Both the position numbers and the translations under genes were made by a program. From positions 141,909-205,908 of IMG/VR virus record IMGVR_UViG_3300046660_000219: a DNA stretch of 64,000 nucleotides; one strand, 5' to 3'. The notes beneath the pieces were generated by a model that saw only the letters and a program-made list of their open reading frames with translations, was not told the DNA's origin and made no database searches. How positions within the stretch are numbered: the first letter of the stretch is position 1; each line of letters starts with the position of its first letter. Shown here one piece after another: positions 1-9,791 of the stretch.

Positions 1-95
1 TCCAGATTGGCGTCGCAGTTGTCCAAGACAAATTGCGCCTGCTCACGCGTGAGTTCGACGAAAACGGTAGATTCATCGTTGTGGTTGGCCGTCAT
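1..95 (-). CDS. Hypothetical protein, 5' part (runs off window)
   Basis: ATG overlaps the TGA of the 92..433 gene; frame open to the window edge. Confidence 0.55.
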   Translation of the reverse strand, partial: MTANHNDESTVFVELTREQAQFVLDNCDANL

Positions 96-433
96 GGCTT
101 CTCTCGCGACGTATTGTAAGTTATGACTGCCTTCCTGTAATGCGCGTTGGCGTATACTGTTTTCGTGGTCTTGGCTATAAACAGTTGATAAGACGGATCG
201 ATTACCGGGTCACTATTTGGCGTACGTCCTGTAATAGTACCAGCATAGTGCCAAACTAAACCAGACGGGCTACGTGGATCAAGCCCAGCTTGCTCGCGAC
301 TGACGAATATTCCTGTACCATTACAGCGACGACAACGAACTAAATCGCCGTAAACACTTAATGCGCCATATTTCCGGCTACTAACGTAGCCGGAGAACCC
401 TGAGCTGTCACAACGTTTGCATTCATAACCCAT
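92..433 (-). CDS. Small Zn-finger protein (DnaJ-like CxxCxGxG)
   Basis: CKRCDSSG and CRRCNGTG motifs; GGAGG before ATG at 433. Confidence 0.6.
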   Translation of the reverse strand: MGYECKRCDSSGFSGYVSSRKYGALSVYGDLVRCRRCNGTGIFVSREQAGLDPRSPSGLVWHYAGTITGRTPNSDPVIDPSYQLFIAKTTKTVYANAHYRKAVITYNTSREKP

Positions 434-447
434 AACGCCTCCATTGC

Positions 448-684
448 TTATACGTAAGCGCGTTCCGCTGTGTCGTGCTCGCGCCAATCGCTAAACGGTA
501 CCACCACGATGATATCATCTTCGTTTTGATCAGTGGCATTTTCTGCTAGCCAACCCTCGATGGCTTTCGCCATGGATGTTGCGGTTACAAAGGAGTTGTA
601 AATAACACTACGATCATCCAAGCCTTCCGTGCTGCCGCTGCGGTACTTAATAAGGTAAGATCGAACGCAACCATGTTCAGACAT
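448..684 (-). CDS. Hypothetical protein
   Basis: AGGAGAAATAGTA leader; packs with neighbours. Confidence 0.65.
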   Translation of the reverse strand: MSEHGCVRSYLIKYRSGSTEGLDDRSVIYNSFVTATSMAKAIEGWLAENATDQNEDDIIVVVPFSDWREHDTAERAYV

Positions 685-695
685 TACTATTTCTC

Positions 696-962
696 CTAAT
701 GCAGCGTGCGTGGTGCGTCTTGCTCGTTGTTGTCAGGCTCTCTGCGCCACATCGCTTCCAACGTGATCTTCCATTTCTTGACGTCATCCACGCTGACTTG
801 ATCGACCATGCCGAAGAACATCGTCTGTAGCTTCTTAGCGTTGATCAGTGCGTATTCAAGGTTGGCTAGAGCTTGTTCCTGCTCCGGCGTCAGATCCTTG
901 GCTTCCTTCAGGAAGAAGTCTAGGAACTCGCGAGCTTGTTCTAGGTCCAGCGATTGTCGCAT
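696..962 (-). CDS. Hypothetical helical protein
   Basis: AAAGGTAAATAGC leader; packing. Confidence 0.7.
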   Translation of the reverse strand: MRQSLDLEQAREFLDFFLKEAKDLTPEQEQALANLEYALINAKKLQTMFFGMVDQVSVDDVKKWKITLEAMWRREPDNNEQDAPRTLH

Positions 963-973
963 GCTATTTACCT

Positions 974-1318
974 TTATGCGTATTGTGGAAGTATTACCGG
1001 GATCAGTTCGTTCAAACTATACCAGCGGTAATACGGCGGGTTTTGGTCCACAATATTCTGACGCAAGAACGCCACGTCGCGAGCCACGCCTTCTGGTGTG
1101 TTAAGGCCGCGTGTGATCAACGATGCTTCCCAGGTTTCCTGTACGTCTGGATTGTACGGTGTGGGTTTGTAGCCGTACTTACGCGCCAGTTCTCGAAACA
1201 CCGGTAAATCTGGAAATGGTATTAAAACTTCGCGGTTGGGTGGATCGTTCGGTTGTCGGAACGGGTTGTTAGGGTTGCTAGCCACCAACACCTTGAACCA
1301 AAAACGGTACACGGTCAT
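974..1318 (-). CDS. Hypothetical protein
   Basis: GGAGG SD before ATG at 1318 (MTVYRF). Confidence 0.6.
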   Translation of the reverse strand: MTVYRFWFKVLVASNPNNPFRQPNDPPNREVLIPFPDLPVFRELARKYGYKPTPYNPDVQETWEASLITRGLNTPEGVARDVAFLRQNIVDQNPPYYRWYSLNELIPVILPQYA

Positions 1319-1407
1319 GCGAACCTCCAGTGAATAACGAAACGCCCCGACCATGAGGCCAGGGCGTTGGATTGATGGGGGATTGTAGTCGATGGTCGCA
1401 GAAGTGT

Positions 1408-1803
1408 CTAGCAGTGCTCCCAACGCTCCTGCATAAGGGCGATTTGCTCTTGCGGCACGCCATGGACGCTCCCCCACGTCCCCGTGGCCGTAATGACCCG
1501 CAAATCGGCCCCGTAGCGCGAAGCCATGGCGTAGTACACGTGCATCTCCCAGAGTGAACAGAAGGTGTTGGCGACCACGACAGAGCTATCGTTACGCAGA
1601 GCTTCATCAACTTGCGCCGCGCACCAGTCGTGAGCGAGCTTCTGGTCTTCACGTCGATAAGTGTAAACACCATCGACAACAAAGAACTGGTCCGCCTCAA
1701 AATGACGAAGCGCCGGGTCGGTGGCGCACATCTGCTGTGCGAGCGTGGTCTTGCCGCTACCTGGCAAGCCACGAATAAGAGTAATGGTACGACGATCGTT
1801 CAC
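1408..1803 (-). CDS. P-loop kinase, AAA_33/polynucleotide-kinase-like
   Basis: LIRGLPGSGKTT Walker A, HFEADQFF, VVVANTF, HGVP motifs; GTG start at 1803. Confidence 0.85.
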   Translation of the reverse strand: MNDRRTITLIRGLPGSGKTTLAQQMCATDPALRHFEADQFFVVDGVYTYRREDQKLAHDWCAAQVDEALRNDSSVVVANTFCSLWEMHVYYAMASRYGADLRVITATGTWGSVHGVPQEQIALMQERWEHC

Positions 1804-1820
1804 AGTGCCCCCTGATTGGT

Positions 1821-2285
1821 TTAATTGTAAGCCCCGCTGAACGGTTCGATCCACACGTAGGCGTCGGCCTTCTTGTCGGATTTCGCCCACATCATATCCG
1901 GCTCACGCCAGGAAAAGGAAAGATCCGCGCGAGCATCCGGATAGGTTTCGAACTCCCAGAAGTCGTGCATCATCTTGATGACCTCGAACGAGGTGAGGCC
2001 AAATCTACCCGGATCAAAAACGATAGGCGGTAGACCCGAGACACGATGCGGCACGTCTAGTTGCCATATCGGATCGCTGTCCCGCTCGATCTTGAATTCG
2101 CGCCGCATGCGAGCCACGAAATTGTTGATCTCGCTCGTGGCTACCTTTCCCATGAAGTCACCGGCGCGGCTGTAAACGTCGTGGTATTTATACCGGCCGC
2201 CTTCTTGCACCGGGTAAGCAACGCCGCACGTGAGCATGATCACCAGCTTGCGCTCGTAGCCTACCAATTTGTCGAACAATCGCAT
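1821..2285 (-). CDS. Hypothetical protein
   Basis: AGGAG SD; packing. Confidence 0.65.
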   Translation of the reverse strand: MRLFDKLVGYERKLVIMLTCGVAYPVQEGGRYKYHDVYSRAGDFMGKVATSEINNFVARMRREFKIERDSDPIWQLDVPHRVSGLPPIVFDPGRFGLTSFEVIKMMHDFWEFETYPDARADLSFSWREPDMMWAKSDKKADAYVWIEPFSGAYN

Positions 2286-2295
2286 AACAGGTCTC

Positions 2296-2700
2296 CTAAC
2301 AACGATCGTAGAGGCGGCCGTTCAGGAATTCGACGATCTTATCCGCGCCGTCCTTCTTGACCAAGGGTCCACGCACAAGGCGCTCCGAGCGGATACCGTC
2401 ATTGCACGTGGTTGCCCGCATGATATGCGCGAATGCAAACACGTCTTCCGCGCCTCTATCTTCCAAATAGTAGGCCGTGGTTGTGCGCGGCTCGTCCATT
2501 TCCGCACTGTCGAAGAAGAAGAGTAGATTTAGGTTCTGTTGGTTGAGGTCGTTGGCCACGCGAATGAGCATGCTGACGATATCGTCCCGGCTGATATCGT
2601 CGTTCATGAACAGCAACGGACCGTTCGTGGTGATCAAGCTAACCAGCTTGCCCGTATCCAGGGCCTTAAGCGACTTGTTGAATTCGGTCGAGTTAGGCAT
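2296..2700 (-). CDS. Hypothetical protein
   Basis: AAGGA SD; packing. Confidence 0.65.
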   Translation of the reverse strand: MPNSTEFNKSLKALDTGKLVSLITTNGPLLFMNDDISRDDIVSMLIRVANDLNQQNLNLLFFFDSAEMDEPRTTTAYYLEDRGAEDVFAFAHIMRATTCNDGIRSERLVRGPLVKKDGADKIVEFLNGRLYDRC

Positions 2701-2917
2701 GTGTCTATCCTTACCTTAAGTTATGCGGTAGTTGTTCAAATCGTTGGCAGCATTGACGCAAACGTTGCACAAAATAAGCACGCTCGCTCGGCAAACGGTT
2801 GCGATGATCAGCGATGTCACGCAACACCAAAACCTGCGTAAGTTTGGCTTTCACTGGTGACAGTAGGACACGCTTACCTTCGCGGATTTCGTGAGTAGGT
2901 TTCATGTCTCTTTACCT

Positions 2918-3226
2918 TTATTGATGTTGCGCGACGAACGCTCGCATGAAGGCCTTAGCCTCGTACGCCTTGTCGAACTTGCGCGTGTGCGTGAGAGTCA
3001 GCCCGTTAGCCGTCTCGTAGGTGAACGTCCACGGCGCACCGCTTTCCGTGGGAACGACTTTACCGGGGCGCAACGGGCGTTGTTCAGCGAGCACGGACAC
3101 TTGATCAGTGATAATAGCTGCGCGGCGCTCCTCGGCGCGCAAATCAGCCAAGCCACGATCGAGTTCGGCCCATACATCATCCTGCGTTGATCGCGGAGCA
3201 TGAAGAAAGAGGCGCTTGAGAGGCAT
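2918..3226 (-). CDS. Hypothetical protein
   Basis: AAAAGGTAAC leader. Confidence 0.65.
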   Translation of the reverse strand: MPLKRLFLHAPRSTQDDVWAELDRGLADLRAEERRAAIITDQVSVLAEQRPLRPGKVVPTESGAPWTFTYETANGLTLTHTRKFDKAYEAKAFMRAFVAQHQ

Positions 3227-3239
3227 GTTACCTTTTCCT

Positions 3240-3470
3240 TTAAATCTCGTCCAAGCGACAAAGCAAATTCAATTGGTCGCGTTGCGCCGTGAAGCTGTAG
3301 ACAGCCCCGTCGCACTTAAACTCGCCGTCAAAGGCCTGTAGGTCACGCGGGGTAACAGTCACCGCCGCACCTTCGAAAATCAGCCCGTCCGCGCAAGCAT
3401 GCGGCCAATCATCGCCATTGATAGCGACGGAGGCTGTAAGGAAAGCAGCCCACTGTGTCTTGTCGATCAT
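3240..3470 (-). CDS. Hypothetical protein
   Basis: GGAAACGGTAAC leader; packing. Confidence 0.6.
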   Translation of the reverse strand: MIDKTQWAAFLTASVAINGDDWPHACADGLIFEGAAVTVTPRDLQAFDGEFKCDGAVYSFTAQRDQLNLLCRLDEI

Positions 3471-3482
3471 GTTACCGTTTCC

Positions 3483-3671
3483 TTATCCCCAAGCGCCGAC
3501 AGCTTCGGCGAGCGCTAGATATTGCCTGACAGCAAACCGCTTCGCGCTGTGATACGGCCCCGGCCGATAGAAGTCGTACGCTGCGCTGTGGTTCGCCAGA
3601 GCGTATGAAGAGCCTTCTTCCTTCATCTGGAAACGGGCGTCACGCTTGGTGTCGTTATATTCGCTGCACAT
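3483..3671 (-). CDS. Hypothetical protein
   Basis: GGAAACGGTAAT leader; packing. Confidence 0.55.
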   Translation of the reverse strand: MCSEYNDTKRDARFQMKEEGSSYALANHSAAYDFYRPGPYHSAKRFAVRQYLALAEAVGAWG

Positions 3672-3683
3672 ATTACCGTTTCC

Positions 3684-4283
3684 TTACAGGTACTTGCCAG
3701 CGCAAATCGGGCCGATCCCGCGCGCGATCGATTCGGCGTTAGTCAGCTCCGCACCGCAGCAGCCACAGATACCCGTACGCTTGCCGAAGGCCACGAAAGC
3801 CGCCTCACGATCCACAGAAAGGGTACGCAGCGCGGTAATCGTGCCTTCCGGCGTCTCATCACGCGGCGTGAACATCCCGTTCAGGTCGATGTGACCGTAG
3901 TACTTCGATTGACCATACGGCCCGCCGTCAGCGACGTGAAAGCCGCCCTTGTTGGCGCGGGTGATCTTCAGCGTGTCACCGTTTTCCGTGGCAATCCAGA
4001 ACGCGGAGCGGCCTTCCGGGTTAGTGCGGTCGAACAATTCGGCGATACCATTACCGACGAGAACAGGGCGACGCCCTTTCTTTTCGGGCGCAGCGTTAGC
4101 CGAGTCGGCCATGTCCGCGCGCTTGGTAGCTTCCGCCGTGAGCTTGATCACCCAATCCCATTGGCGCTGCGACAACGCCTTAGTCTCAGCTTGCGCCAAG
4201 AGGCTTTTAGCAAAGCCCTGTTGGCCGGGAGGCAGTTGCGAAACCACGGCGGCCAAGGCGGCAAGTTCAGCTTGCAGGAACAT
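3684..4283 (-). CDS. DUF6011-like Zn-finger protein
   Basis: C-terminal CGCCGAELTNAESIARGIGPICA signature; first gene after promoter. Confidence 0.8.
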   Translation of the reverse strand: MFLQAELAALAAVVSQLPPGQQGFAKSLLAQAETKALSQRQWDWVIKLTAEATKRADMADSANAAPEKKGRRPVLVGNGIAELFDRTNPEGRSAFWIATENGDTLKITRANKGGFHVADGGPYGQSKYYGHIDLNGMFTPRDETPEGTITALRTLSVDREAAFVAFGKRTGICGCCGAELTNAESIARGIGPICAGKYL

Positions 4284-4315
4284 GGGGTAACCCCTCAAAT
4301 CATCAAGTTGCCACC

Positions 4316-4362
4316 CTTGTAAACCCATTAGCTGTCCATGTCAACCCTAGTCGGAAAAATTG
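4316..4362 (-). promoter_or_regulatory. Early sigma70-type promoter (repeat family)
   Basis: TTGACA(4344-4339)-17 bp-TACAAG(4321-4316) with upstream AATTTTTCCGAC. Confidence 0.8.
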
Positions 4363-4374
4363 CCAATTAAGGGG

Positions 4375-4779
4375 TCAAGCCGCCAAGGGTTGGATATTAA
4401 GGGTAGACAGCGTAACTCCCTCCCTCGTGCTGACACGCTGGCGCATCTCCTCGATAGCCGCGTTGAGCTTAGCGAAATCTACGCCAATCGGATCGAGTTT
4501 GTATGCGGCTTCCGAGTAGTTTCGCACCACCTCGCCAAACTTGTCCCACAACCGATGTGCGTCGAACGACACGATGAGACAGATAGGATTACCGCTCTCG
4601 CTCCACGGAAGACAGATCAACCCCTCACCAAGATTCTTGATCAGGAGGATTGAGGCTACCATTACTTGATTGTAGCCGCATTGCTGCGTGTTGATAACAG
4701 CAACGCCTTTGTTGTCTCCACCGTTCTCCAGTTTTGGAATCAATTTCTCTGCAAGCTCTTCGACTTGTAGTGTTTCCAC
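4375..4779 (-). CDS. Hypothetical protein
   Basis: AGGAG SD, GTG start. Confidence 0.65.
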   Translation of the reverse strand: METLQVEELAEKLIPKLENGGDNKGVAVINTQQCGYNQVMVASILLIKNLGEGLICLPWSESGNPICLIVSFDAHRLWDKFGEVVRNYSEAAYKLDPIGVDFAKLNAAIEEMRQRVSTREGVTLSTLNIQPLAA

Positions 4780-4790
4780 GTGCGTGACTC

Positions 4791-4991
4791 CTATTTTCCG
4801 GTTTGCATGATGCGATAAGCAGCCGCTACCTTTGTTTGCATGCGCTTAGCGACATAGCGGTTTTGATAGGTCTTGACCTTCTCCGGGTTGGCCGCTTGCC
4901 ACCGGCGTGCCTTAGCGGCAAGACATTTGCCGCAATCGCTAGAACGTAAGACGCCGTGTTCGCATGGTTGACCGTGAGCTTTCTTCTTCAT
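4791..4991 (-). CDS. Small basic Cys/His protein
   Basis: CEHG...CGKC; abuts upstream stop. Confidence 0.55.
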   Translation of the reverse strand: MKKKAHGQPCEHGVLRSSDCGKCLAAKARRWQAANPEKVKTYQNRYVAKRMQTKVAAAYRIMQTGK

Positions 4992-5567
4992 TTACCGCTC
5001 TCTCGCGGAATTACCGTGTTCTTTCTGCTGCACAGGATCGTACGGATCGCGCGCCCACGGCCTGTACTTTACACGAGAGCGATCGCGAAATGCTGCACGT
5101 TGTAGGACATACAGTTTCTTGTGCGTGTTCTCTTCGATGACCACGCGACGTGGTAGCGGTTGCATAATGTCTAGCATGTCTGTTAGGTGCAGCAGATCAC
5201 GCGGCGCGAGCAAGGTGCACTCGATGAGAACTTGATAATCCTTGACTATCTGACGAATGAGACCTCCGTAGCTACCAATTTCAATGAATTGGATAGCGCC
5301 AGGAGCCCAGCAATCGTGCGCATGGATGCATACGGTAACGGGCTTCTTGCTACGCGTGTATTTGTTGAACGTTTTCACAGATAGTGCGATCGTACCTTTA
5401 TGCATAGGACAGCCGCAAGCACGACAACCGGTGACGCGTTCAAGCTCCACCGGCTTAGCTGTGTCCTCGCAATCACGCACACGACCATCGCCGTGCGGTG
5501 TAACGATGAGACCACCGGAGCGCATCAACGCGACAAACTCCGGTGGCATGACCTGAACCAGCTTCAT
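4992..5567 (-). CDS. Hypothetical Zn-binding protein
   Basis: CRACG...HAHDC. Confidence 0.6.
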   Translation of the reverse strand: MKLVQVMPPEFVALMRSGGLIVTPHGDGRVRDCEDTAKPVELERVTGCRACGCPMHKGTIALSVKTFNKYTRSKKPVTVCIHAHDCWAPGAIQFIEIGSYGGLIRQIVKDYQVLIECTLLAPRDLLHLTDMLDIMQPLPRRVVIEENTHKKLYVLQRAAFRDRSRVKYRPWARDPYDPVQQKEHGNSARER

Positions 5568-5571
5568 TAGC

Positions 5572-6276
5572 CTATACCTTTTCTTCGTGTTCTAGCGCCT
5601 TCATTTGCAGGAAAGCTTTCGGCGGTACATGGTCGTATTTCGCAGCGTCTTCTTTGAGCTTGGTGTGCGCTGCCATTAACAGTCGTGTCGTACGCAACCA
5701 TTTCACGTCCGGAACAGTGCACGGTGGCCACATCTCGATCAAGTGCTGTCGAAATAGGTAGAACTCAGGAACAGGCCGCATTAGAGCACCGCGCATGTTG
5801 TTGCACGGTTGACAGGCCGCCATCAGGTTCTCCATGGCGTCCGTGCCGCCGTTGCAGCGTTCGACCAAATGCTCGATCGTGTATTGCGAATTGCCGATCG
5901 CCTTGACCATCAGTCCATGGCAATAGCAGCACTTACTGTTTTGGGCTTCGCTTAGAACCCGGCCAACCTGTTTACGCCCAAGAAGGATTGTGCGTGCATT
6001 GCGCGCGGCATCCGCTTCTAGAAGTGCGGCCACTACGGGCGCGTCTTCGAAAAACGGTAGCGGTTCAGTAGGATCGAACTTCTGTCGGTTCTTACACGTC
6101 TGCAATACGGCCATCACCTTTCGCAAGGCTGTATCGCGTCGATATGGCCGCTTGCTGCTACGGTAATTGGCGAAGGTACGTAGCGTCGAGTTGGATAACA
6201 TGTCCAACTTACCATTTGTCTCAATGGTGATCAGAACGTGTGCAATCTCGTTCTCTGTCAGGTGTTGGATATTCAC
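5572..6276 (-). CDS. HNH endonuclease
   Basis: CCYC...TIEHLVERCNGGTDAMENLMAACQPCNNMRG. Confidence 0.88.
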   Translation of the reverse strand: MNIQHLTENEIAHVLITIETNGKLDMLSNSTLRTFANYRSSKRPYRRDTALRKVMAVLQTCKNRQKFDPTEPLPFFEDAPVVAALLEADAARNARTILLGRKQVGRVLSEAQNSKCCYCHGLMVKAIGNSQYTIEHLVERCNGGTDAMENLMAACQPCNNMRGALMRPVPEFYLFRQHLIEMWPPCTVPDVKWLRTTRLLMAAHTKLKEDAAKYDHVPPKAFLQMKALEHEEKV

Positions 6277-6786
6277 GTGCCTTAACTTCTCTTTGTCGCC
6301 GAACTACGGCGTGATTATGTAGGCGGACAGTATGCCGACTATAGACAGCACGACCCACGTCACAGCACCTAGCTTCGACAACACGAAGCACACCTGACGC
6401 ACACGTGGTGATTGGGCGCTCTCGGAGTAGTAAAAGGTAACTGACGTGAACAACATCGTCAGTACCCACCAAGCGGACAGGTTCATGTTCTATTCTCCGC
6501 GTACGTGTTACCGCCGGACCATACCGTTTTGGCCTTGAGCGCAAAATTGATCTCGTTACCAGTCACATAAGCAATCAACCCGAACCATTCCATGGTGGCT
6601 CTCTGCGAGGTTACGCCCATACGAACAGCGCGCACGCTCTTTCCAATGCTGGCGGCGATGTCTGAAAGGGTATACGGCGAACCCAGGATCATCTTAGCCA
6701 TCGACCAGCGCATAACCTGAATGATACCGTCAACACCGGGCGGGTAGATGGTTGGAATGATTGGGTACCAACCGAAAGGATAGCGG

Positions 6787-7245
6787 CTAGTGGACAGCAG
6801 CAACCTGGGTTTTGGCATCTTCGTATTCCTCAATAAAGGTACGCCAATCCGGTAGATTGACGCCGGTGTCTGCGCACATTTCCTTGTGCATCTTGTCGAG
6901 ACCATGTTCCAGATCCGCCAAGCGGCCCGGTTTACGTAACTCGCCCATGTTATATGCCGTGGTGAACAAGCTTTTAGCGTAGTGGCGATACACCGGAATG
7001 ATGTTGAAGCCGATCACAATTGCGCTGATCTCGCGTGGCCCGTTAGACCACGCCAGGATTTTCGGTTCAATGCGGCTAGCGAAATACGAAGACAGCTTGT
7101 CGAGGAACACATTGTAGTGTGTAGGGCTACTTACATTTTTCGGCACACCATTCACACCGGGAAACAGAACGGTGAAACCCTCCGTTGATAGCATGGCAGC
7201 TTCGACACGCGCTGCAAGACGTTTCCATTGGAATTCGAAGAGCAT
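6787..7245 (-). CDS. Hypothetical protein
   Basis: AAAGGTAATACC leader before MLFEF. Confidence 0.65.
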   Translation of the reverse strand: MLFEFQWKRLAARVEAAMLSTEGFTVLFPGVNGVPKNVSSPTHYNVFLDKLSSYFASRIEPKILAWSNGPREISAIVIGFNIIPVYRHYAKSLFTTAYNMGELRKPGRLADLEHGLDKMHKEMCADTGVNLPDWRTFIEEYEDAKTQVAAVH

Positions 7246-7255
7246 GGTATTACCT

Positions 7256-7651
7256 TTAATGCGCCGAGCGTTGATGGAAGGCTTGCCACCCGGCATGATT
7301 TGCTTGCCAGTCAGAGGCAACGGCCGGGCGATGCTTATCACGGTCTTCCGTGTGGAACATGTGCTCACGGTTGGTTAGTATTTCCATTCCACGCTCGATT
7401 TTCTCGAACGCATAGCGCAGTTGCTCGATGCGTGGATCGACAGAGACCCACTTACCTTGTTGGTAAGCGTAATACTGCGCCACGGGGCGCATAGACATCG
7501 GTGCTTGCTCCGCCGTCATGCCTTCAGGTAGGTATGCACGACAGTGAATGACGCGTAACCATACCCTTTGCTGCATGCCCTGTTGTCCAACATCAATCCA
7601 CGCCCAGAGGGTGCGTTGCACACAACGCCAGCGCTGTTTGATCATACCCAT
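7256..7651 (-). CDS. Hypothetical protein
   Basis: AGGAG SD; packing. Confidence 0.6.
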   Translation of the reverse strand: MGMIKQRWRCVQRTLWAWIDVGQQGMQQRVWLRVIHCRAYLPEGMTAEQAPMSMRPVAQYYAYQQGKWVSVDPRIEQLRYAFEKIERGMEILTNREHMFHTEDRDKHRPAVASDWQANHAGWQAFHQRSAH

Positions 7652-7856
7652 CTCCTAAAACGGTAATAACGTAATCACCACCACATAAGTAGCTTACCAA
7701 GCACGCCAAGCGACATGACGCCAAGGATCAACCAATGGGTCCAACCAGGTTTTTCATCGCTGAACCCAAAGGCGTAGGCGGAATAGTCGGAGAGATTATC
7801 AATCTGCCGTTTGAATTCAGGCGTACAGTCTTTAGGGTAGATGCGTTTACTGCGCA

Positions 7857-8444
7857 TTAGGCTGGATCCTTCCACAGTTCGCGCACATCGGGAACTTCTA
7901 GGATACGTTCCAAGTAGCCGTGTCGGTCGTAGAACAACTGAATCAGGCGCTTACCTTTCCAATGAGGTTTGGCGAGGTCGTAGTGACCAGCGAACGGTCG
8001 CACCATGCTACTTGTACCGAGCACGTTACAAACGGAATCATCGGCATTGATCAGCATATCGACAACCATGCCGGCCGCGTTGTGGTTTTCACCGTAGTGT
8101 TTTGCCAACCAACTGGTCTTGGGATTATGCGTGATGATCCCGCCGGTGTAGCCTTCTACTTTGGGTGTGTCTTCAGTGTCGTTACGCTCGATGATCATGA
8201 GTTCATCGTCACGGTACCCTTTGATGTACATGCCGCCGTGAATAGGAGTCATGCAGTCATGGTGAGAGAGGTCGTCTAGAACGGTGCCCGGTGCAACCGT
8301 AAGAGCGTAACGCGGTTCGGGCTTATTATCATTTTTCCGCTCATGCGTCATGTCGTAATACCGCTGCATGACGTATAGGCGAACACCCGTCTCGACGATC
8401 TCGACCAACGCCCCGGTCGGAATGCGATGCTTGGCGATTTCCAT
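7857..8444 (-). CDS. Hypothetical protein
   Basis: GAGGGA SD before MEIAK. Confidence 0.65.
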   Translation of the reverse strand: MEIAKHRIPTGALVEIVETGVRLYVMQRYYDMTHERKNDNKPEPRYALTVAPGTVLDDLSHHDCMTPIHGGMYIKGYRDDELMIIERNDTEDTPKVEGYTGGIITHNPKTSWLAKHYGENHNAAGMVVDMLINADDSVCNVLGTSSMVRPFAGHYDLAKPHWKGKRLIQLFYDRHGYLERILEVPDVRELWKDPA

Positions 8445-8725
8445 AATTTTCGTCCCTCTTGAAATAGTAGCGATTACAGATCGCTGGTGGTGTGCGAAAA
8501 CCGCCAATACTGGCGGATACCCATGCAAACTAGGCAGAACATGCCATAGCCGGTAGTGTAACGGTGTCGATCGCACGGGCACATGGGCGGACCGTCTGGG
8601 ATCGCATAGACGCCTTCGCGTGGAACTACACCCTCACGCACTACGACCTGTCCAGCCGCATTGCGAGTTAGACCAACGACGATTTCTTGTTGAACCATTT
8701 CGGGCATGTTGTCCCTCCAGAACGT

Positions 8726-8763
8726 AAGAAACCCGGAGCGCCAATCAAGGCAGGCTCCGGGTT
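8726..8763 (-). terminator. Intrinsic terminator
   Basis: AACCCGGAGC/GCTCCGGGTT stem followed by a T-rich tract on minus. Confidence 0.7.
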
Positions 8764-8787
8764 AGGAAACAATATTGTACGCAGATA

Positions 8788-9039
8788 CTACACGAGAACG
8801 TCGGACGCACCGTCCACGATCGTGTCGTTGCGGGTGTCCTTGCCGCCTTTATAGGCGACAGGGTGGCTACCACCGTTAAGGATCGTCTTACCTGTAGTGC
8901 GAACCTCTCCACCAGTTACCGTTATCTTGTCGCCGTTTGTAGTGATGCTAGCGCCGCCGGCCGACGTGAACATGAAATCACCAGCGTCAGTAATCTTGAT
9001 CGTCGCACCAGCGTACGACAGCAGCATCTTGTCAGCCAT
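8788..9039 (-). CDS. Small baseplate-spike-like protein (gpV C-terminal/PAAR-like)
   Basis: Gly/Thr-rich beta-strand repeats ending HPVAYKGGKD...IVDGASDVLV, resembling spike-tip motifs. Confidence 0.5.
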   Translation of the reverse strand: MADKMLLSYAGATIKITDAGDFMFTSAGGASITTNGDKITVTGGEVRTTGKTILNGGSHPVAYKGGKDTRNDTIVDGASDVLV

Positions 9040-9118
9040 AACTGTAAGCCCTTGAGTAGATGAGGGGCGGGTTTCGCAGCACCCGCCCCTCTGACTGGAA
9101 AATGGTAGATTTGAAGTC

Positions 9119-9172
9119 TCACAGGTTAATCCACCAAACACGCTTTCGGATACCCGCCACCCCTGAAGTCAT
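9119..9172 (-). CDS. Putative 17 aa leader peptide MTSGVAGIRKRVWWINL
   Basis: Translated by hand; lies between a promoter and a GC hairpin; SD weak. Confidence 0.3.
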   Translation of the reverse strand: MTSGVAGIRKRVWWINL

Positions 9173-9208
9173 GTAGCCGGTTCCCGTTGTCGTGTTTCCA
9201 GACGCGCC

Positions 9209-9237
9209 AGTGTATCACAAGTGCGCTCTAGGTGCAA
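9209..9237 (-). promoter_or_regulatory. Sigma70-like promoter
   Basis: TTGCAC-17 bp-TACACT in an intergenic region. Confidence 0.55.
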
Positions 9238-9254
9238 ACCCATGCGTAGGCGCT

Positions 9255-9755
9255 TTAGTGCGCCGTAGCCCGTATGGATACCTGATATTCACCACGTAGC
9301 AGGCGCGGCATGGGTACCGTGCCTTTGTAGCGCTTCACGTGGTGTGACAGCTCGCCAGTGCTAGTCAGCGGGTGGCGCGTACTGTGCACCTCCAGCTTGC
9401 CCAGCAACTTCATCGCAGCTTCGGCGGCGCTCTTGTGATCGTTGCGTGCGATCTTTGTCTCGACCGAGTCCATACCATTTTCTAGAATGGTGTCCCGCGC
9501 GATTTCATGTTCATCCGTCAAGGCTAGCGCGCACGTGAAGCCGAGACAGAACCCGACCCAAAGCTCATGTATTTCTTTGTTGCGATAGCCATCCGTCTTT
9601 CGCTCGAAATTGATTGGCGTGCGCCGCCCCAGGTGCTCAAACCGCATCGTCAAATTATGTTCGAAAAGGGTATACAGCGCATCACGATCTTCGGTCATGA
9701 GCCGTTCGACCGTGTGCTCTTGGATGTCCGGGGTGAGTTGAGCGAGGTTCAGCAT
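9255..9755 (-). CDS. Hypothetical protein
   Basis: AAAGAGTAAC leader. Confidence 0.65.
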   Translation of the reverse strand: MLNLAQLTPDIQEHTVERLMTEDRDALYTLFEHNLTMRFEHLGRRTPINFERKTDGYRNKEIHELWVGFCLGFTCALALTDEHEIARDTILENGMDSVETKIARNDHKSAAEAAMKLLGKLEVHSTRHPLTSTGELSHHVKRYKGTVPMPRLLRGEYQVSIRATAH

Positions 9756-9791
9756 GGCTGTTACTCTTTTCGCGACAGGAAGATGAAACCA

